Notes under the pieces: generated by a model | What the model was told of the DNA's origin: nothing | The model's database searches: none | Seen by the model: the letters and a program-made list of their open reading frames with translations, nothing else | Translations under genes and position numbers: made by a program | Part shown: piece after piece, positions 6,581 through 11,912 of the stretch | Layout: each line of letters opens with the position of its first letter | Position numbering within the stretch: position 1 is the first letter of the stretch | DNA from: Thermoanaerobaculia bacterium | Lineage (GTDB): Bacteria > Acidobacteriota > Thermoanaerobaculia > Multivoradales > UBA5704 | Assembly (NCBI GenBank): GCA_044226625.1 | Contig: JBGAGQ010000115.1 | Span: 1-11,912, forward strand | Reading direction: 5' to 3' | Length of the DNA: 11,912 bases

Positions 6581-9500
6581 CGCGGATGTAGGCGGGGTCG
6601 TTGGTCCGGTTGTTGATCACCTGCGCGGCGGCCAACGCCTTACCCGCCTTGACCAACACCTGCACCGTGAACCCGTCTTCGATCGCCAAGCCGCCCAACG
6701 GATGCTCGCTCGGCCGGATCTGCTTCATCTTGCCCGGGGCGAGAGAGAGGTTCGTGAAGCGGCCGAGGATCGTTCCGTCCAGCTTGCGGTAGATCACATC
6801 GTACAGGCCCTGGCTGGTCGAGGGGTTCATCACCCAGACCGTCGTACGCCAAGACGAACCCTGACGCAGGCCCACCAGCACCTGGCCCTTGCCGACTCCG
6901 GCCGCCTCGTCATCCGACTGCGGAATCATCGACTGGCCGAAACGTCGAGCCGAATTGGCGTTGTCGTAGCTCTCGCCGGTCAGCCGCGGCAGCGGACCGC
7001 CGGTCGTCGAGCTCTGGAACGAGAGGAAGCCGACCTGATCCGTGATGTGCCACTTGTCCGCGATCACGTTCGCCAACCGCTGGCTCTCGCCGGGCTGGAG
7101 GGTGACGCGAACCGGCGTCTGCGGCAAGCTGGAGGCGCCGACCGAAGTGAAGGTCAAGTCGACTCCGACGGCCTGGGCCAGCGGGTTCGAAAGCACCACG
7201 TCCGTCTGGTAGAGGCTGTTGTTGAGACCCGGCTGGCTCAACGAGCCGACCAGGAACAGCTTGTTGCCCGTCGGAGACTCGGAGCTCGCATACGCGGGAT
7301 CCTGCGTCGCGACCCGAAGGTTCGTGCCGTACGGATAGATCCGGCCGCCCGACTTGGGCTCGATCTCCACCCGGTAATCGGCGATGTTCGAGACGCCGAA
7401 GTCCCGGATCTCCTGAGGCTGGAACTGCTTCTGCCCAAAGCGCCCCAGGGTGAGGTCTTCGGACTGGCCGATCTGATGTCCCTGCGCGTCGAAGAACCGC
7501 AGCTGATAGACCGCGGGCTCCGAGTTCGGGTTGCTGAGACCGAAGTACGCCACGCGCTCGGGGTTGTCGTTCAGCCCGATCAGGTACATCCGATCCTGAG
7601 CGCCCACGGAACCCGCCGCGTTCGTCATCGAGACGCCGGGCACGGTCTGGCCGAACTTCGAACCGTCCGTCTGGAGCGTGTTGTTGAACGACAGGACGAC
7701 CGGCTCGCCGTTGCCTTCCTTGACCGCGGCGGTGATGAAGCCGACCGTGTTCTCACGGGAGAACAGCTGACCGAGCACGTCGCCGACGAACAGCGTTCCG
7801 CCGGCCTGGATGACCCGGGTCTGAAGCGGCGGATTGGCTTCCACCGCGCCACGCTTCAAGAACTTCAGGTCGACCGTTATCGGGCCGTCGCTCGGGTTGA
7901 AGACGTAAAGGTCGCTCGACTGCGTGACCACGCCGCGGGTCTGCGCGATCCAGGGGAGGATCACCGACTTGCCGCCGCCGGTGGTCGTGCCCGTGATCTG
8001 GAAGACCCTCGTCTTGGTCTTGGTCTGGGAGCCGTTGGTCCCGGTGAGCGAGACCGTGTAGCTGCCCGCCTGGGCGTAGGTGTGCGACGCGGTGTTTCCC
8101 GTCGTCGTCGGCGAGCTGTCGCCGAAGTTCCAGGTCAGGTTGGACGCCCCGACGCTGGTCGACGTGAAGCTGATCGCGGTCCCGGTCTCGCCCGAGCACA
8201 GCTCGATTCCGAACTGGCTCGTGCAGTTCGCCGAAGTCGAGAAATCGACCTCGAAAGTCGGCGGCGGCGGTCCGGTGACGACCACCGCGGACACCTTCTC
8301 CGACACGCAGGTTCCGAACAGGCACCCGGGTCCGGTTCCCGGCTTGGTAACGGTCAGACGAACGTTGTAGACCCCCGCGGTGGCATACGTATGAGAAACC
8401 GTCGCCCCCGACCCGGACTGCCCGTCTCCGAAATCCCACGCGTACCCGGTAGGAGAGCCGGTAGAGCCGCTGCCGTTGAAGCTCGTCGCCTGGCCGACCG
8501 CCGGGCTCGAGGGATTCACGGTGAACAAGGCCGCGAGCGTTCCGCCCCCGCCGGTGCCCGGATCGGTGACGGTCACCTGCCACCTTCCGGACGCGCCGAC
8601 GCAGGCGCTGTTGCTCGCCGTCACGGTCTTGCTGCCGGCCGTCGTCCAGACGATCGAAACCGACGAGCCGTTCGAGCCGCCGGAGATCGTGCCGCCGCCG
8701 GCCCCCCAAGTCCAACCCGCCGATGCCGGATTGCAGCCCGAGGCGCTCGCCGTGATGGTCGCCGCCTGGTTGATGACCGCGCTGCTCGCCCCGTTGAGGG
8801 TGATCGTCGGAGTCTGCGTCGTTCCGCTCACGATGATCGTCGAGTGGGTGAAGACGTTCTCCTCGACCGCGCCGCGGCGAACACGAAGCTTCGGCGCGTA
8901 GTTGCCGGCGGCGGTGTAGGTGTGACTGGTCTGAGGGGTCGTCCGCCCCGACTCCTCGTACGAGCCGTTGCCATCCCAGTCGTAATCGTAGAACTGGGCG
9001 CCCTGCGAGCTGTCGACGAACGTGATCGGCACGCCGATGTCCGCGATGCAGCCGAAGCCGCAGAAGAGACCCGAGGCCTGGAAGTTCGCGACCAGGGGCG
9101 AGGTCTGGAGGATCGTGATCGCCAGCGGGCTGCTCGTGTGCTCGGCCTCCACGCAATTCCGGACCTTGACCTGCACGACCTTCGGGCCGATCGAGGAATA
9201 GGTGAACGTCGGATTGGGTCCGTTCACCGGATCGTTGGTATAGGGATGGAACCCTGCGCCGTCACCGAAATCCCAGCTCCACTCCGTGGCGCCCGACGCC
9301 ACCACGTGGAACTGCACCGTTCCGGCTGCGAACGGATCGTTGGTCGGAGCGAACAGGTTGGGCAGAGGCGAGAGCGCGCCGAGCGTGAAATCGACCGAGC
9401 GGCTCGCGTTGCCCGCGGTGTTCGATACCTGCAAGGTGGCGGTGAAGTCGCCCGCCGGGGTTCCGGCGGTGTTCCAGGTGAACGACGGGCTGGTGCTCGA

Positions 9501-11264
9501 GGTGACCGGCGAGCCGCCCGGCCGCGTGGTCACCTGCCAGTTGTAGCTGAGCGTCGGCTGCCCGGTGACCCCTGAAGCCGAGAAGGTGATCGGCTGGCAG
9601 GCGATCGGGCTCGACGGCGAGAGCGACACGCCGGCCACGACCGGCGCCGGATCGAGCACCGTCAGCGTCTTCGAGCGCGAGCCGTTGCCCACCGAGTTGG
9701 TCGCGGTGAGGGAGATCGTCTTCGCGCCGGTGCTCGAGAACGTGACCCCGGTGGGGTTGCGAACCGACGATCCGCTGGGGCTACCGTCGGGCTGGAAAGT
9801 CCAGCTCCAGCTGGTCGGACTTCCCGACGAAAGGTCGTTGAAGCTCACCGCGGTGCCCGGATAGACCTCGGTCGGGCTCCAATCGAAATCGACGACCGGG
9901 GCGACGCCGCCCGTCCTCTTGTGGATGTCGAAGATCGACTGCGCCGCGCGATAGAAGTATTCGCCCTCGAACTTCCCCATTCGGGGCATGATGCGGTTGA
10001 AGCCGGTCGGATTGCGCCGGTAGTAGTAGTCCCAGTACCCGATCTGGAGGCCGCTGACGTTGATCTTCTGCGTCGGGGTGATGTCATGGGCCTGCGAAGG
10101 GACCGAGACGTCGACCAGGAACTCCCGCTGCGGATCCGGCGGAAGCCCGCCGCAGGCGTTGTCGGATCCGAAATAGAGGAACGGACGACCGCCGCTGCTC
10201 GAGTAGGTGACGAACAGCTCCTCCGTACCGCCGGGCATCGGCATCGTCCAGAGCGGGCTGCCGAGAGAGCAGGACGAGCCCGTGATGCACGAAACGTCAT
10301 AGATGCTGCCCGCGAAATCGGTGCGGACCCCCAGGTAGTAGTGGCTGCCGCTCTTCCACATCGCGACGCCGTAGACTCCTGACAATCCGGTGAGCTTCTG
10401 CACCGGCGCCGCGGGGTTCGCGACGTCCCAAATTTCGAAGCTCGCGACCGGTCCGGTCGCCAGAGCGACGTAGTTGTCGACGCCGTCGACGTATCGCACA
10501 CCGGTTCGGGCCGCCACGCGACCGACGTAGACGCCGGAGCAGCTACCCGCGAAATCGTCGAGGCAGGGCACCACGGGGGCCACGGCCCGGGCGCGAGTCA
10601 TGTTGTAGACCAGCAGGCCTCCCGCACGGTTCGCGGGGTGGGCACCACCGGCGTCCGCGGCGAAGAAAGCGTACTGCTGTCCGCCGAGCGTGGTCGTATA
10701 GACCTGGTTTCCGACGTAACCGGAGTTCTGGTAGAGAAGGCGGGGCGTCGTACGATCCGTGAAGTCCCAGAGCGTGATGCCGATGTCCGACTGGCCCGCG
10801 ACCGCACCCAGGGTGCCGTCGACGTCGATGTCGCGAAGGGGAACCTTCAGCTCGCCTTGCGGCCAGAACAGGAAGGTCGAGGGGCCCGGAACGGTCTTCA
10901 CCGAGACCGGATTGGCGGGCGTCGAGCGAATGTCCCAGATCTGAATGCCGTGGGAGATGATCGAGTAGAGGTAGCCCGAGTCGATGTCCAGGGACATCCA
11001 GAGGGGATTCGAGACCCCGTAGGAGCTCGTGAACTCGTTGAAGTCGGTGTTGTCTCGAGCCGGTGCGATCGTCCCGACGTCGACCGGTTGGAGCTCGCCC
11101 CAAAGGCTCGACGGCGCGGGACGCGCAGGAGTCTTGCAGGACATGAATCCGCAGCCGCCGTCACCGTCGCAATTTTGGGCTTGCGCAGGGCTCAGGTAGA
11201 GACCGGTGGCGACGAGCGAGGCGAGCACGAAGCTGAAGGGGGCCGAGCGGTGGGTTCGATTCAT
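6567..11264 (-). CDS. Large secreted PKD-domain surface protein (1565 aa)
   Basis: ATG at 11264 (GGAG/AAGG upstream) gives signal peptide MNRTHRSAPFSFVLASLVATGLYLSPAQA|QNC. LVIVD-like blades (GIQIWDIRSTPANP, GITLWDFTDRTTP, FEIWDVANPAAP, FLVDVSVPS). PKD motifs WSWDFGDG, YAWDFGDG, WNFGD, SHTYATAGVYNVRLTV. Duplicated C-terminal module. The ORF-track start 11648 overlaps the upstream gene and its terminator. Confidence 0.93.
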   Translation of the reverse strand: MNRTHRSAPFSFVLASLVATGLYLSPAQAQNCDGDGGCGFMSCKTPARPAPSSLWGELQPVDVGTIAPARDNTDFNEFTSSYGVSNPLWMSLDIDSGYLYSIISHGIQIWDIRSTPANPVSVKTVPGPSTFLFWPQGELKVPLRDIDVDGTLGAVAGQSDIGITLWDFTDRTTPRLLYQNSGYVGNQVYTTTLGGQQYAFFAADAGGAHPANRAGGLLVYNMTRARAVAPVVPCLDDFAGSCSGVYVGRVAARTGVRYVDGVDNYVALATGPVASFEIWDVANPAAPVQKLTGLSGVYGVAMWKSGSHYYLGVRTDFAGSIYDVSCITGSSCSLGSPLWTMPMPGGTEELFVTYSSSGGRPFLYFGSDNACGGLPPDPQREFLVDVSVPSQAHDITPTQKINVSGLQIGYWDYYYRRNPTGFNRIMPRMGKFEGEYFYRAAQSIFDIHKRTGGVAPVVDFDWSPTEVYPGTAVSFNDLSSGSPTSWSWTFQPDGSPSGSSVRNPTGVTFSSTGAKTISLTATNSVGNGSRSKTLTVLDPAPVVAGVSLSPSSPIACQPITFSASGVTGQPTLSYNWQVTTRPGGSPVTSSTSPSFTWNTAGTPAGDFTATLQVSNTAGNASRSVDFTLGALSPLPNLFAPTNDPFAAGTVQFHVVASGATEWSWDFGDGAGFHPYTNDPVNGPNPTFTYSSIGPKVVQVKVRNCVEAEHTSSPLAITILQTSPLVANFQASGLFCGFGCIADIGVPITFVDSSQGAQFYDYDWDGNGSYEESGRTTPQTSHTYTAAGNYAPKLRVRRGAVEENVFTHSTIIVSGTTQTPTITLNGASSAVINQAATITASASGCNPASAGWTWGAGGGTISGGSNGSSVSIVWTTAGSKTVTASNSACVGASGRWQVTVTDPGTGGGGTLAALFTVNPSSPAVGQATSFNGSGSTGSPTGYAWDFGDGQSGSGATVSHTYATAGVYNVRLTVTKPGTGPGCLFGTCVSEKVSAVVVTGPPPPTFEVDFSTSANCTSQFGIELCSGETGTAISFTSTSVGASNLTWNFGDSSPTTTGNTASHTYAQAGSYTVSLTGTNGSQTKTKTRVFQITGTTTGGGKSVILPWIAQTRGVVTQSSDLYVFNPSDGPITVDLKFLKRGAVEANPPLQTRVIQAGGTLFVGDVLGQLFSRENTVGFITAAVKEGNGEPVVLSFNNTLQTDGSKFGQTVPGVSMTNAAGSVGAQDRMYLIGLNDNPERVAYFGLSNPNSEPAVYQLRFFDAQGHQIGQSEDLTLGRFGQKQFQPQEIRDFGVSNIADYRVEIEPKSGGRIYPYGTNLRVATQDPAYASSESPTGNKLFLVGSLSQPGLNNSLYQTDVVLSNPLAQAVGVDLTFTSVGASSLPQTPVRVTLQPGESQRLANVIADKWHITDQVGFLSFQSSTTGGPLPRLTGESYDNANSARRFGQSMIPQSDDEAAGVGKGQVLVGLRQGSSWRTTVWVMNPSTSQGLYDVIYRKLDGTILGRFTNLSLAPGKMKQIRPSEHPLGGLAIEDGFTVQVLVKAGKALAAAQVINNRTNDPAYIRGETR
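6570..7970 (-). repeat. Two tandem ~230-aa C-terminal modules (protein-level repeat)
   Basis: Copy A ~7970-7270 and copy B ~7268-6570 share the order D-xxxx-NP, FGQ, L.GL, NP and end in DPAY (7290-7301 and 6588-6599). Confidence 0.8.
7990..9905 (-). repeat. Seven tandem PKD/Ig-like domains (protein-level repeat)
   Basis: Seven ~85-95-aa units beginning APVVDF, PAPVVAGV, NDPFAAG, LVANF, PTITLNG, LAALF and FEVDF, each with a conserved Trp strand and a G-x-[KY/F]-x-x-x-L/V-type strand. Confidence 0.8.
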
Positions 11265-11404
11265 AAGCCTTTTGAGCTCCCCATGGGGCAGACGATCTAA
11301 ACCTGAGAAGCGGGCTCCACGGCGTTCGTGGGGCCGGCTTCCCGCGAAGGGGGGGAGAAGCTGATCGGAGACGGTCCACGGTGGGCGTGGGTCCGATCTT
11401 GCGT

Positions 11405-11421
11405 GCTCGGATATACCGAGC
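11405..11421. promoter_or_regulatory. Inverted repeat GCTCGG-ATATA-CCGAGC, possible operator overlapping a -10-like element
   Basis: Perfect 6-bp arms around an AT-only 5-mer, between the terminator and the large gene. Minus strand reads GGTATATC. Confidence 0.35.
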
Positions 11422-11490
11422 CTGGCGGCTCCTCCGATCTGCCGCGCGCCGAAGGGCGGGAAACAGGTCGCGGAAGCCCGAGCGTACTTG

Positions 11491-11529
11491 GAAGGAAAAG
11501 GGGTGGGCCGAGCTTGCCCGGCCCACCCC
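11491..11529 (-). terminator. Rho-independent terminator after the rightmost gene
   Basis: Minus strand GGGGTGGGCCG-GGCAAGCT-CGGCCCACCCC-TTTTCCTTC: perfect 11-bp stem (extendable) plus U-rich tail, 13 nt after the TAA at 11543. Confidence 0.88.
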
Positions 11530-11542
11530 GGGGAACAGCTAC

Positions 11543-11912
11543 TTAGTTGCCGATGAGGGTGTGGTTGGCAGCGCAGGCGCTGTCGAGCTGGATGGCGTCG
11601 AATCCGACGCTGAACCGGCCCGAAGCATCCATGACAACCGTCACCCAAGCCTGAGCGGCCGCCGGATCCTCCGGCGGATTGCTCCCCGCCGCAGCAACCG
11701 TCGTGTTCAGGTTCATGAAGATCCAGCCGAAGTCGAACGACACCGGGAAGTCCTCACCGTCCACGTCCGTGCGCTGAGCCTCGGCCGGGAACGGAATCAG
11801 GAAGTCGCCCGGAGGCGGCGGCGAGAACGGCGGAACCTGCTCAACTTCGGGGTTCTCCATCTCGTCGAAGATCACGATCTGCTCCGAGCCGAGCGGATAC
11901 CAGGCCGGGAGC
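11543..11912 (-). CDS. C-terminal part of an uncharacterised protein, possibly a surface/S-layer-type protein (5' end outside window)
   Basis: The frame is open from the window edge: LPAWYPLGSEQIVIFDEMENP...PFPAEAQR...FDFGWIFMNLN...AQAWVTVVMDASGRFSVGFDAIQLDSAC...GN*. Protein-like composition and followed by a terminator. The functional guess comes only from context and recollection of similar Thermoanaerobaculia hypothetical proteins. Confidence 0.8.
   Translation of the reverse strand, partial: LPAWYPLGSEQIVIFDEMENPEVEQVPPFSPPPPGDFLIPFPAEAQRTDVDGEDFPVSFDFGWIFMNLNTTVAAAGSNPPEDPAAAQAWVTVVMDASGRFSVGFDAIQLDSACAANHTLIGN

Noticed and set aside
6702-9575. 957-aa plus-strand ORF, and other long plus-strand ORFs (710..2047, 2749..4185, 2132..2752)
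   Set aside because: Antisense shadows of well-supported minus-strand genes; Arg/Gly/Ala-rich with no motifs, as expected from high-GC codon bias.
3781-10011. Short exact DNA matches between distant sites (e.g. GTTGAAGCCGGTCGGA at 3781 and 9996) as CRISPR, DGR or recombination repeats
   Set aside because: They encode conserved residues of the two paralogues. No regular spacing, adenine-specific variation, reverse transcriptase or recombinase is visible.
11265-11648. 128-aa N-terminal extension of the large protein in the ORF track
   Set aside because: Overlaps the upstream gene and crosses its terminator; the signal peptide begins at ATG 11264.

Overview
High-GC window in which all credible genes lie on the minus strand, forming a cell-envelope locus. 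In transcription order (right to left): (1) the 3' end of an unknown protein, followed by a strong intrinsic terminator; (2) a ~1565-aa secreted protein (signal peptide, Cys-rich N-terminus, LVIVD-like beta-propeller, 7 PKD/Ig-like domains, duplicated C-terminal module ending in DPAY), followed by a second terminator; (3) a lipoprotein arylsulfate sulfotransferase (ASST family); (4) a ~712-aa paralogue of the large protein lacking most of the stalk; (5) a TylF/MycF/NovP-family O-methyltransferase; (6) a Wzt-type glycan-export ABC ATPase with a C-terminal domain; (7) a radical SAM enzyme missing from the ORF track, running off the left edge. The surface proteins resemble, from memory only, uncharacterised Acidobacteriota (Thermoanaerobaculia) proteins. 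The best hypothesis is an undescribed surface-protein/S-layer decoration system coupling export of a methylated glycan with PAPS-independent sulfation. This is inference from gene context. No RNA genes, CRISPR arrays or mobile elements were seen.
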